Below the pieces are notes generated by a model. That model had not been told where the DNA came from. It searched no databases and saw only the letters and a list, made by a program, of their open reading frames with translations. The position numbers and the translations under genes are program-made. Below are positions 21,701 to 29,004 of a stretch of 64,000 nucleotides of DNA, piece after piece. The DNA is from a virus. Lineage: Duplodnaviria > Caudoviricetes. The first letter of the stretch is position 1, and every line of letters starts with the position of its first letter. The stretch spans positions 37,471 through 101,470 of IMG/VR virus record IMGVR_UViG_3300026270_000004; one strand, written 5' to 3'.

Positions 21701-22491
21701 GCACGATTCTTAAATCCCCATCCTATGATACCCAAGTATTGATACTGCTTTCCAAATGCTTCTGCTGGTGGAATAGGACTATTATCTGCTAGGTTTACTT
21801 CTTGAGAAGGATCTATACAATAGAAATGATCAGGGTCTGGATGCAAATACTCATAGATGGGTGCTGGAGTCTCACCAGCAGAGCAATATGCCTGTGCATC
21901 TGCCTCTGTAGCAAAGACATACCCTAGAGTATCTACTTCCTTATATAAGTTTCTACCACAACCTACCCCATTTAATCCTGTAGGGACGTTTGTACCAGCA
22001 CAGAGTTGTGTATCATCGGGCCAATACGAATAAAATGCTTTAAGGGGTATACTATTAGGTACCTGTGCGATCATTATGTAGAAGACAGGTTTACCACTTC
22101 TAGGCTCTGGGTTATATCCTTTTGCTGCTCTACTCCATGATTCATTCTCACAACCGAAGTCTCTCCTCATTAACTGAGGATCACGACTATACTTGTGATC
22201 ATCCTTTGCTGCTCTATAAAACCTGTATATACCTACTCTTTCGTTTCCACTATTATTAACATTAGTTGGCTCTTCATCACCGATATAGTGTACTACGTCC
22301 TTTCCCATAGGGAGACTACCAGGACCACCATCCTCAAAGGTAATAGCGTACGACATGCCACTACCTACACCTGGATAATCAGATGAAGTTCTATAATTAC
22401 CGCTACTAGGTCTTTTAAAGTCCTGATTGAAACCGCCACCCTTTATAGGATTAGGAAAGCTCCTACCAGTTTCCTGAATATAGGCTGGCAT
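18799..22491 (-). CDS. 1230-aa putative virion structural protein
   Basis: Long ORF with IYRFY..DH.YS and PIYEY..DHFY repeats, two IINGGRGY/IVDPGAGY structural repeats and a Cys-rich C-terminus; tightly coupled to the PAAR-like gene. Confidence 0.75.
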   Translation of the reverse strand: MPAYIQETGRSFPNPIKGGGFNQDFKRPSSGNYRTSSDYPGVGSGMSYAITFEDGGPGSLPMGKDVVHYIGDEEPTNVNNSGNERVGIYRFYRAAKDDHKYSRDPQLMRRDFGCENESWSRAAKGYNPEPRSGKPVFYIMIAQVPNSIPLKAFYSYWPDDTQLCAGTNVPTGLNGVGCGRNLYKEVDTLGYVFATEADAQAYCSAGETPAPIYEYLHPDPDHFYCIDPSQEVNLADNSPIPPAEAFGKQYQYLGIIGWGFKNRALDSPTDLILDIGKIGPTGQTINKSGWYDYSHGDQLDYDESGGGWSEFMYRQMRDSSGANVEGPPNVNGWGWPGNVDIEDNEALFEWSYGLSGAVKGAVPRFLGFEDMYDSQFVFYLYDTTFPWNGPIFSSQYILSNAQCCPNTTDPEGCPHCAPVWTYHSHFYEINSDVWTTTKTNLSIHDASSVGVEESFWTIDTDTPIIFFRYLTRTGDYGAGEKINGWDIVSVYYFGDELKCGIMELTWDNPSSATKNTFSYQQNFTSSDGGQVEVLAGYGIPNKSAFCGTYEFPKKISYWKVEIDPKALIPRRTMDEAKIEAVVGDDGEIKDIIIINGGRGYVNPTIQVMDPQGLDDFSPNDSADFMADKLGMDPDAEKAMADPDKEDQSLSTQDMKSHTRVWQSSVEAVDAEDKNKDVYRLKRAEVEISQLDDQGIIRAVRIVDPGAGYSQANTVIVHVVDPEIIEYEGVRDKDGNFQAGGKEMEETAMQMDKAWDHTFEKKDVVYGVRDEATLDDYALQPLSSSMDPMTRDIVKESMKHSSDMPSNNATQVSVTVPDSYIRAAGDGIDDDITKLCFNLPAECAEINGNANMSAGMPDAENLEYVTANDAGVTEFQDGALGYAIEGVAAADTLASDMSHLYGPFGKKQCIEMIQPKLYNITRWFDMPCAYLDTNEEGERKAFGWLPYKYCASKEKEATFRVSMEIEGYVGGSQGPAFMDFLKNMPTPYLMEKRPITTNAGEKTWKCKRSSIDGRCYRDPQDPGNMVFVPVGLDENTYDYNRSNFTELEQLQMWAGQNISSSAAVQTWLGHPTAGDPAGTPHAVDYTALTVASCTNGVPPNECWDTYVRGVNASDGPLTVYSAYDANGNGQSGTTYCDVTALHNNPCLALDKCMDASIAINPQRITGSGANARMNMGSYNGIMAVRNYLSGGVIALGRALRNYGNPFFDECNEEDAWKDGEGLNDIIFPKRL

Positions 22492-22760
22492 TACTCACTT
22501 AATTTTTCTTCTATCTTATTTAGTCTATTCTCTAGATGGTTGACACTAGCAAACAAAGTATCCATTAACTCCTTCATATTCAAGTAGGTTGGACTACCTG
22601 GAGGTTTATACTTCATCATATCAGCACCTGGGGGAGGGATTTTTTGTAATCCCCCTTCTACATGCTCTAATCTTTTGGTAAGGTTAGTAATTGCCTCGCT
22701 AATTTTTTGAAATGTCCAAGCAAAGAATTCCTCATCACTATTAAACTTTGGAGTTTCCAC
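22491..22760 (-). CDS. Hypothetical coiled-coil protein
   Basis: 89-aa ORF overlapping the downstream start by 1 nt. Confidence 0.7.
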   Translation of the reverse strand: METPKFNSDEEFFAWTFQKISEAITNLTKRLEHVEGGLQKIPPPGADMMKYKPPGSPTYLNMKELMDTLFASVNHLENRLNKIEEKLSE

Positions 22761-22851
22761 GACGATTTTTTCGGATTTTTTTAACGCTAATTTTTTATGA
22801 GTGAGATAATGTTACAAATAACAAGTATCGTCAAACATATCTGATTATACC

Positions 22852-23013
22852 TCATTCCTCTACCTTATGCAAGATGACACTACCGTCGGTCTCTTCTTCA
22901 TACTCAAGGACTGTGCCAATATCCCATCCACATTCTCTCATGACATCATCAGGGATGTGTATATAATTCTCCCCATAGTCATCTTCCTCTATTCTTAATA
23001 CGAATCGTTTCAT
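22852..23013 (-). CDS. AbrB/MazE-like small DNA-binding protein
   Basis: MKRFVLRIEEDDYGENYIHIPDDVMRECGWDIGTVLEYEEETDGSVILHKV fits the swapped-hairpin pattern (IP..V....G...G..L.....G...L). Confidence 0.6.
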   Translation of the reverse strand: MKRFVLRIEEDDYGENYIHIPDDVMRECGWDIGTVLEYEEETDGSVILHKVEE

Positions 23014-23038
23014 GTCATATGTAACTTGTATATCTGCT

Positions 23039-23518
23039 TTATGTAGCATTTTCCCTCACTATACCTACACAGACTTTTCTGTAATGCTCATCTAGTCTCA
23101 CAATCTCCGAGTCTTGCTTCCATAACTGGTGAAGCATCCACCCATCACCTAGGTAAATCGCTCCATGATTGGGAGACCTTCCAGTCTTATCTGCATACCC
23201 ACCACCGAGTGCTTCTGTGTATATCTTAAACAAGAGTAGGTCGCTCTTCTGTAAGATAGACATATCCCAGTCTTCACCCCACTCTGGTTTACTTATCCAA
23301 AGACCATCTTCCTCTGCGACTGCTTCATCGGTGAATGATGTATATAACCCTCCAAAGTCCTTCAGAGACCTTCCAAGGCGACTCTGGACGTATTGCTGTA
23401 TGATTCTATAGCAACCTGGATATCTTCTACCAACCCAAGGGAGACCTATGAGGTCTTTGTATTCTTCTTCTAATTTCTCTTGGGCGATCTCCGAGGGACT
23501 CTGATTAAACTCTGACAC
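23039..23518 (-). CDS. NlpC/P60-family (C40) peptidase-like protein
   Basis: LIGLPW..GCY, KSDLLLF, PNHGAIYLGDGWMLH give Cys-His-His; probable GTG start at 23518. Confidence 0.7.
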   Translation of the reverse strand: MSEFNQSPSEIAQEKLEEEYKDLIGLPWVGRRYPGCYRIIQQYVQSRLGRSLKDFGGLYTSFTDEAVAEEDGLWISKPEWGEDWDMSILQKSDLLLFKIYTEALGGGYADKTGRSPNHGAIYLGDGWMLHQLWKQDSEIVRLDEHYRKVCVGIVRENAT

Positions 23519-23726
23519 TGAAAAACCTATGGGGGAATTTTTTATATTGGGAAATTTTTTTATATTGCTCTCGATCCTATACTTTTGTAGGTTACACAAA
23601 CTCGAAAACTTTATAAGTGTTTATATAATATTTTGTACATGCATATATGCATATGCTCATTAACACATAGTGGGTATACAGTTAGTGTTAATTAGTGTGT
23701 GTACTTACCTGGTGCTAATTGTTAAT

Positions 23727-23825
23727 TAGTCCACACACAGTTCTTATTAATTAGTGGTGTTAGTAGTTTGTGTTAATTAGTGGGGTGTTTTATCCCCTTA
23801 TGTGTTAAGAACTGTGTGTGGACTA
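23727..23825. repeat. Perfect 20-bp inverted repeat with 59-nt spacer, overlapping TTAATTAGT direct repeats
   Basis: tagtccacacacagttctta (23727-23746) and taagaactgtgtgtggacta (23806-23825); TTAATTAGT at 23688, 23722, 23747 and 23773. Confidence 0.9.
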
Positions 23826-23829
23826 TGTG

Positions 23830-24003
23830 TTAACTATCGCTGCTAAATTGCGTTGCATCAAGTAATGCTAACTTCTCAGATTTGAATGGTCCGTTCTTAC
23901 TATTACCAGGATAATCGTATGCCCAATAGTACTTTTTACGTGCTTCCCATAGTTTAACATTAACAGGGGGATTTGTTTGAATTGTTGTTACTTTAGTGGA
24001 CAT
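23830..24003 (-). CDS. Hypothetical early protein
   Basis: MSTKVTTIQTNPP..KNGPFKSEKLALLDA; start shortened to ATG 24003. Confidence 0.65.
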   Translation of the reverse strand: MSTKVTTIQTNPPVNVKLWEARKKYYWAYDYPGNSKNGPFKSEKLALLDATQFSSDS

Positions 24004-24039
24004 AATAAGGGGATGATTGTTGTTAGCGGGGAGGGGCAA

Positions 24040-24192
24040 TTAAGGGCGGAATTGTTTATACTTTTCCACATACTCTGTGGAATTCTTTACATCTTCTCGC
24101 TTGTACTTTGGTTTGGATTGTTTACTCTTTGGACGCTCACTTTTCGCCTTATGTGATGAATAAGGGTCATTGCGTTTGTATGTCCTACCCAT
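24040..24192 (-). CDS. Small basic protein (50 aa; not in ORF track)
   Basis: MGRTYKRNDPYSSHKAKSERPKSKQSKPKYKREDVKNSTEYVEKYKQFRP, directly downstream of a consensus sigma70 promoter. Confidence 0.7.
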   Translation of the reverse strand: MGRTYKRNDPYSSHKAKSERPKSKQSKPKYKREDVKNSTEYVEKYKQFRP

Positions 24193-24214
24193 TGGTAATT
24201 GTGCTTACATTGTT

Positions 24215-24243
24215 ATTATATAGCAAGATCAAAGTGGTGTCAA
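24215..24243 (-). promoter_or_regulatory. Consensus sigma70-type promoter TTGACA-N17-TATAAT
   Basis: Minus strand TTGACAccactttgatcttgctaTATAAT. Confidence 0.88.
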
Positions 24244-24280
24244 TAGTTTATAGCAGATTGTGGCAATTCTTAGCACATTG

Positions 24281-24309
24281 TTGACAAAAAAATCTCGCTA
24301 TGTTACGCT
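24281..24309 (+). promoter_or_regulatory. Divergent sigma70-like promoter TTGACA-N17-TACGCT
   Basis: Perfect -35, 17-bp spacer and extended -10 TG; no credible ORF downstream. Confidence 0.5.
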
Positions 24310-24453
24310 CTAAGATAACAATTAGTGTGCCTATTTATGGGGGTTTAAATAACACTAACCTATGTTTAATTAACCATTTAAAATATACACCATTTTCCAC
24401 AAGTATGTCCGCTAACTGTGGAAAACTCTTTGTTAATTGTGTTTGTATTGTTA

Positions 24454-24816
24454 TCATCTAATGTATAAGTATCCTCCACTTGAATCACATTTAGAAAGGC
24501 AATCTTGGGCATTAATTAACAAATTAAACCTAGGAATAGGGGCAGGTTTATTCCAACTAGCAGGTTTAAATACATCCCCTGTTATTCTATCAACAAAGCA
24601 ATGTACACTATTGTCAGTAATAACTTTCCAATACTTATTACCCTTCTTATATGATACATTGATAGATAAATCTTCCCATCTTCGTTTATGATCTTCTTTG
24701 ATACATTCAATGAGTTTATTAACATTTTTCTCTATTACTTTGGCATCATAAGCAAAGTCTTTTCTTACGTGATGCTCTTTGAATGCTGATACTTTGTCTT
24801 GATGATTTTGGGTCAT
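24454..24816 (-). CDS. Hypothetical early protein
   Basis: KGNKYWKV..SVHCFVDRITGDVFKPASWNKPA pattern, familiar from large-phage early genes. Confidence 0.8.
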   Translation of the reverse strand: MTQNHQDKVSAFKEHHVRKDFAYDAKVIEKNVNKLIECIKEDHKRRWEDLSINVSYKKGNKYWKVITDNSVHCFVDRITGDVFKPASWNKPAPIPRFNLLINAQDCLSKCDSSGGYLYIR

Positions 24817-24837
24817 TGTTGTTAATTAGTGAAAGAA

Positions 24838-24975
24838 TTAATAATCGTTAAGTATATTTACCTTGCGTATTCTTGGGGGATTGTATACACTTTGCTTGGG
24901 TGGAGATGTTACTTTCATGTAAATCTTTAGCAATGTGTTACTATTAACTGTGCAAGTTTGGGGAATTGTTAACAT
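24838..24975 (-). CDS. Hypothetical protein (45 aa; not in ORF track)
   Basis: MLTIPQTCTVNSNTLLKIYMKVTSPPKQSVYNPPRIRKVNILNDY fills the gap between neighbours. Confidence 0.5.
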   Translation of the reverse strand: MLTIPQTCTVNSNTLLKIYMKVTSPPKQSVYNPPRIRKVNILNDY

Positions 24976-24976
24976 T

Positions 24977-25216
24977 TTAGGGATTAATTGCGAAGTCATT
25001 TAATGATAGTGATCCAGCATGATTAACCTTATTAATTATACACGCATGATGAATATTAAGCAATTCAGATAGATTAACTCCCTCTAAATCTGTCCACTCT
25101 GATACATAATCAACTTGATCAAAATCACCTGTATTATCAACACATAAGGGGCATGATTTGAAATCATTGTTATCATCTATCCAGAAAATACGTCCAAAAA
25201 AGTTAGATTTAAACAT
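24977..25216 (-). CDS. Hypothetical early protein
   Basis: ORF with GGAGG RBS upstream. Confidence 0.75.
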   Translation of the reverse strand: MFKSNFFGRIFWIDDNNDFKSCPLCVDNTGDFDQVDYVSEWTDLEGVNLSELLNIHHACIINKVNHAGSLSLNDFAINP

Positions 25217-25230
25217 TGTAATTTGTCCTC

Positions 25231-25461
25231 CTATCTGAAATTTAGTGATTTAATTCCGTCATCAGTTTCTGTTACTTTAGAGACCTGATCAGGGAAATTA
25301 ACGTTTAACATTTCCTGGTAATGTTTAATTGTTGATGTATCCATATCTTGAGTAAATCCAAATACAATCATATCAAGAATTCCATCATGTTTGCTTGCTA
25401 TGTTATACAAATCAGTTTGAAGAGTTGTTAACTGTGTGTTGGGAAGATTTTTGTTTAGCAT
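25231..25461 (-). CDS. Hypothetical early protein
   Basis: ORF in a tightly packed co-directional array. Confidence 0.7.
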   Translation of the reverse strand: MLNKNLPNTQLTTLQTDLYNIASKHDGILDMIVFGFTQDMDTSTIKHYQEMLNVNFPDQVSKVTETDDGIKSLNFR

Positions 25462-25498
25462 GTTAATTAGGATTGAAGAATAAGTGGACTAAATGTAA

Positions 25499-25753
25499 TT
25501 AATTAAGGACAAAATCGAAGTCCTGTATTAAAATATCTCTTACTCTCTCTCTGTCTAGACTGTCACCACCGCCCCATGTATAAAAAGATCCTGCGGATGC
25601 GGTTTGCAATTTAGCATTATAAACCTTAATTGCCTGATAGATTTCATTTTTAGTGACCATTCTATTATCTTTAACTAGTGGATAAAGGACATCTTTAGGG
25701 CATCCATAGAATGAGAAGATGTAATCAATGAAATCTTTAAGGACTGGATTCAT
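25499..25753 (-). CDS. Hypothetical early protein
   Basis: WGGGDSLDRERVRDIL motif; own promoter upstream. Confidence 0.75.
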   Translation of the reverse strand: MNPVLKDFIDYIFSFYGCPKDVLYPLVKDNRMVTKNEIYQAIKVYNAKLQTASAGSFYTWGGGDSLDRERVRDILIQDFDFVLN

Positions 25754-25781
25754 AATAGTTTAATTGCTTTGTTATATTAAT

Positions 25782-25837
25782 ATTATAATGGATTAATACC
25801 TATCTGGTATGCGTGAGTAGTCACTAATACTAGTGTC
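25782..25837 (-). promoter_or_regulatory. Early promoter with upstream 6-6-6 palindrome
   Basis: TATAAT at 25782-25787; GTCACT-N6-AGTGTC at 25820-25837. Confidence 0.6.
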
Positions 25838-26086
25838 ACACAAGCGGTTGACAATTTCATCTTCATTCCTATATGCTTCTAGTTTGTCTTTAATTACTTG
25901 ATATTCATGACAATATTCACGATCTAATCTATCATCAATTAGATCTATAATTGTATCCCATTCATTATCATTTAGTCTAGGCAATTTGTTTGTATTGTTA
26001 ACAACTACCTTTGCATCTAATTCACTATTAGTTGCGTTACTTCTAGCATTTTGATGATAGATAGGACGAGGTTTTAACTGTGCCAC
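25793..26086 (-). CDS. Hypothetical early protein
   Basis: Probable GTG start at 26086 preceded by AGGAG; the ORF track gives a longer version to 26179. Confidence 0.65.
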   Translation of the reverse strand: MAQLKPRPIYHQNARSNATNSELDAKVVVNNTNKLPRLNDNEWDTIIDLIDDRLDREYCHEYQVIKDKLEAYRNEDEIVNRLCDTSISDYSRIPDRY

Positions 26087-26156
26087 GTTGTTAGTCTCCT
26101 GTTGATAATTGTTTGTTAATGTAATGTGATCTGGTGTAATTATGACTTCCATACTA

Positions 26157-26345
26157 TTACTTAGCACACCCATCTTCATCTAATTCTTTAACATCATTAA
26201 TGTCCCATTCGCTTACCCACTCATCAATTACATCAAATTTGTTTATATTTTGATGTGCTAATTCTCTTGCTTCGTTCTCATTTTCCGCATCAACTTCGAT
26301 GGTGAAATAGTTAATCTCCGCACATTCAATTAGAAATGATTTCAT
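26157..26345 (-). CDS. Hypothetical acidic early protein
   Basis: IEVDAENENEARELA pattern; 4-nt overlap with the upstream gene. Confidence 0.75.
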   Translation of the reverse strand: MKSFLIECAEINYFTIEVDAENENEARELAHQNINKFDVIDEWVSEWDINDVKELDEDGCAK

Positions 26346-26530
26346 AATGCCACCTCATAACATAGACCTTCTGCAATGAAATAATCGCATAATTGTTGAT
26401 ACTGATTTAATTCATTATAAAGATCACAATCTATCAAGAATTGTGCCATCTCTATTTGTAAATCAGGTGGTAAAATACCACTATCGTAAGCATCTAATTG
26501 TAATGCTAATTTCTTTGGAATTGTTGTCAT
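26342..26530 (-). CDS. Hypothetical early protein
   Basis: Translationally coupled small ORF. Confidence 0.7.
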   Translation of the reverse strand: MTTIPKKLALQLDAYDSGILPPDLQIEMAQFLIDCDLYNELNQYQQLCDYFIAEGLCYEVAL

Positions 26531-26752
26531 TTAATCGTGAAGAGTAGGGATGAATTGTTCTACATTATTGTTATTAATATTAATTTCAAAATCTTGTGTT
26601 GCGTCCCACAATTCAATGTAATTGTGTAACCAATGACGTTGATTTGATGTTAGTTTATTATAATTTTGGTATAGCAAATCATCAGCACTAAGAAACTCTA
26701 ATTGCTGTGATTGACACCACTTTTCTAACAAATCTGAGAGTGAATCTAGCAT
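26531..26752 (-). CDS. Hypothetical early protein
   Basis: Abutting co-directional small ORF. Confidence 0.7.
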   Translation of the reverse strand: MLDSLSDLLEKWCQSQQLEFLSADDLLYQNYNKLTSNQRHWLHNYIELWDATQDFEININNNNVEQFIPTLHD

Positions 26753-26804
26753 GATTAAATGTTAATAATGGTAGGGGAATTGCACCCCTACTTGTTAGTT
26801 AATC

Positions 26805-26909
26805 TTACTGATTAGCAAGATAATTGTCAATAATTGCGATCAATTCGTTACCAGATTCTGCAAATGAGAGATCATTAAGTAAGAATGTGACTGAAGAATT
26901 AACTGACAT
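26805..26909 (-). CDS. 34-aa peptide (not in ORF track)
   Basis: MSVNSSVTFLLNDLSFAESGNELIAIIDNYLANQ; preceded by a structured leader and followed by a GC hairpin (26771-26791). Confidence 0.55.
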   Translation of the reverse strand: MSVNSSVTFLLNDLSFAESGNELIAIIDNYLANQ

Positions 26910-26932
26910 TTGTAATAAGCAAAGGGACAAAA

Positions 26933-27014
26933 TACTGGACTTACATTAATTGAGATTCAAATTAAAGAGCATTTTCCTCTGGGGTCGCTCACTCTTGCCA
27001 ATTAAATGCCAGTA
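26933..27014 (-). ncRNA. Candidate structured RNA or 5' leader
   Basis: Nested complementary arms in an intergenic gap: tactgg/ccagta, cattaattg/caattaaatg, aagag/ctctt. Confidence 0.45.
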
Positions 27015-27036
27015 AAAAGTCAGATCCTGGAAGAGG

Positions 27037-27351
27037 TTAAACCGCTTCCATACCTGACATAAATGGGACTGTGCCTACTTTGCTTGAGTTGTAATACCAA
27101 ACATAATCCTTCTGAAATACTCCTCCATCGGGTGTTACTGCTGTTAGAAGAGCATTCAAACGTGATTTAGTGGTGACTGACTGCCAACCGCCATCGAGGA
27201 TTTGGACAAATGTGTCTCCAACTCTTGCGATTAGGTTGCCATGTAGTCTAACTTCTGCAATGCGGTCATTAACTGTTACTGAAGTGTTTGCTTTTGAGAA
27301 GTTGCGTCTTGTTAGGACTGCTGCATTCATTTCAGATTCAATTTTACGCAT
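27037..27351 (-). CDS. Hypothetical early protein
   Basis: VRLHGNLIA..DGGWQSVTTKSRLNALL..VFQKDYVWY; own promoter. Confidence 0.8.
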   Translation of the reverse strand: MRKIESEMNAAVLTRRNFSKANTSVTVNDRIAEVRLHGNLIARVGDTFVQILDGGWQSVTTKSRLNALLTAVTPDGGVFQKDYVWYYNSSKVGTVPFMSGMEAV

Positions 27352-27405
27352 GTTTAGAAAATTTGATTAAGGTGGAAATCGGTTGCCTTTGCTTCCGATA
27401 TATTA

Positions 27406-27460
27406 ATTATAGCAGATCTCCGCACTCTGTCCGCAACTAGTGGACACTTTATCAACTGGT
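27406..27460 (-). promoter_or_regulatory. Early promoter with upstream 6-6-6 palindrome
   Basis: TATAAT at 27406-27411; GACACT-N6-ACTGGT at 27443-27460. Confidence 0.75.
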
Positions 27461-27476
27461 TGCGGACTGGTTGCGG

Positions 27477-28697
27477 TTAGCAATATGCCGTAGTATGGTG
27501 TCCTTCTGTGAAAATATCGTTGACTATTCTCTGTATTCTGTTAATAGTCTTTGTGCCATAATTCTTGTGAGTAGGAATAACACAATTACCATAGGGTTTA
27601 CGATACATATTAAGCACCCCACTAGGAATAACATTTTGCATAATGTTTTGTTTATCTTCTTTGTGTAACCTAATAACTCTACCGATAGTTTGCGACATCT
27701 CCACGATGTTAAGATTTCGCAACAATAACGTATGAGATAGTCCACTAACATTGATGCCTTCCGATAAGATTGAATAATGAAAGATAACAAATTTCCTTGC
27801 TGTGTCCTCTCCCCACTCTTTAAGAGTTTTAAAGAATTCCGTCCGATTGACTTTAGTTTTGTTAACATAAGCACCAAATTTACTTGTAATGTGTAATACG
27901 TCATAACCCAATTCTTCAAGTTGAGTTAATAGTTTTGTTTGACCTAACATTTTATTCATACACTTAGAAGATGGGACACTAATTAATACTTTAGCACCAT
28001 CGTAATTCTTTATACTTTCAATGAAAGATTTAACTGTTAGTGAATGATGTGCGTGTGCATTATACTTGCTAAAATGTAAATCAACAGGGAAAGATTCGAT
28101 CTTTGGTGGTATAATAGCACCACCATTTATCAAGTCTCTAGCATCAACATCCAGGAGAATTTCACCCCAAATGTTAACATTATTCATGCCTCTATCATGC
28201 TTATATGATATTTTAGGTGTTGCTGTAAAGTAATAACAACGTGATGCAATTTGACTACATGCACTAACACTTACGAAGAAAGATCTTGCTGTGCCATTGT
28301 GTGCTTCATCAAAATATATGGTATCAATGTTAATACCTGAATCAACAACTTTTGATAGAGAATGATAAGTTGTAAAGATAATTACGTTTGAATTGTTGTT
28401 AACGTAATCTGTAATCTCATCAGGTTTGGTAGAACTATTAAACTTAGTCCTTCCACTATGTGCATGAAATACATTCAAATCTTCATCGATTGATGTAATA
28501 AAATCATCACATAATTGCTGTGCTAATAGTATACGTGGTGCTACAATTACAGTTACATTGTTGTTAAGATTTGCCTTCAAATCTTCAATCATAATGTATG
28601 TTTTTCCACCACCAGTAGGCACAATAATTTGACCTACATCATTTTGATTCATAACATTTAGTGCTTCTGATTGATGTGGTCTTAGTTTAATGCTCAA
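27477..28697 (-). CDS. Superfamily 2 helicase/ATPase (type III restriction Res-subunit-like)
   Basis: LRPHQ, Walker A PTGGGKT, DEAH, TATP, LSEGIN and QTIGRVIR motifs; TTG start. Confidence 0.9.
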   Translation of the reverse strand: MSIKLRPHQSEALNVMNQNDVGQIIVPTGGGKTYIMIEDLKANLNNNVTVIVAPRILLAQQLCDDFITSIDEDLNVFHAHSGRTKFNSSTKPDEITDYVNNNSNVIIFTTYHSLSKVVDSGINIDTIYFDEAHNGTARSFFVSVSACSQIASRCYYFTATPKISYKHDRGMNNVNIWGEILLDVDARDLINGGAIIPPKIESFPVDLHFSKYNAHAHHSLTVKSFIESIKNYDGAKVLISVPSSKCMNKMLGQTKLLTQLEELGYDVLHITSKFGAYVNKTKVNRTEFFKTLKEWGEDTARKFVIFHYSILSEGINVSGLSHTLLLRNLNIVEMSQTIGRVIRLHKEDKQNIMQNVIPSGVLNMYRKPYGNCVIPTHKNYGTKTINRIQRIVNDIFTEGHHTTAYC

Positions 28698-28717
28698 GTG
28701 TGATGTTTGTAACTATT

Positions 28718-28776
28718 ATTATAATACATGAAAAAGCACCCCAATGGGGTGCTGAGTGGACACTATGTCAACTGGT
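28718..28776 (-). promoter_or_regulatory. Early promoter with upstream 6-6-6 palindrome
   Basis: TATAAT at 28718-28723; GACACT-N6-ACTGGT at 28759-28776. Confidence 0.7.
28731..28753 (-). terminator. Intrinsic terminator
   Basis: AGCACCCC-att-GGGGTGCT followed by a T-run on the minus strand, just after the stop at 28777. Confidence 0.7.
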
Positions 28777-29004
28777 TTATTTGGTAACATAGTTTGAGAC
28801 TTGATTGTAAGACCATTTAATATCATTCACTAGTGCTTTTAATTCATAAGTGTGAATGCTCCATCTGATTTTAATGTCATTAATATAATCAGTGGATTTG
28901 AGTAGAGTGGTCGGTCTTACATTTGTCTCAACTGTCTTGACTGGTGCTTTACGAGTCCTTCTCTTACGTGTAGTAGCAGAAGTGGTCTTTTTAGCAACTG
29001 GCAT
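28777..29004 (-). CDS. Basic hypothetical protein
   Basis: Probable start MPVAKKTTSATTRKRRTRK at 29004; TATAAT at 29069-29074. Confidence 0.7.
   Translation of the reverse strand: MPVAKKTTSATTRKRRTRKAPVKTVETNVRPTTLLKSTDYINDIKIRWSIHTYELKALVNDIKWSYNQVSNYVTK

Noticed and set aside
23519-23599. N-terminal extension of the NlpC/P60 ORF given by the ORF track
   Set aside because: It runs through T-tract repeats; the GTG at 23518 is the more plausible start.
23688-23781. CRISPR-like mini-array from the TTAATTAGT repeats
   Set aside because: The 9-bp repeats with 16-25 nt gaps are too short and irregular, and no cas genes are present.
27455-27476. 11-bp tandem duplication actggttgcgg x2
   Set aside because: Real but short; most simply a slippage duplication next to the promoter.
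27477-28697. Complete type III restriction-modification system
   Set aside because: No nuclease domain in the helicase and no adjacent Mod gene.
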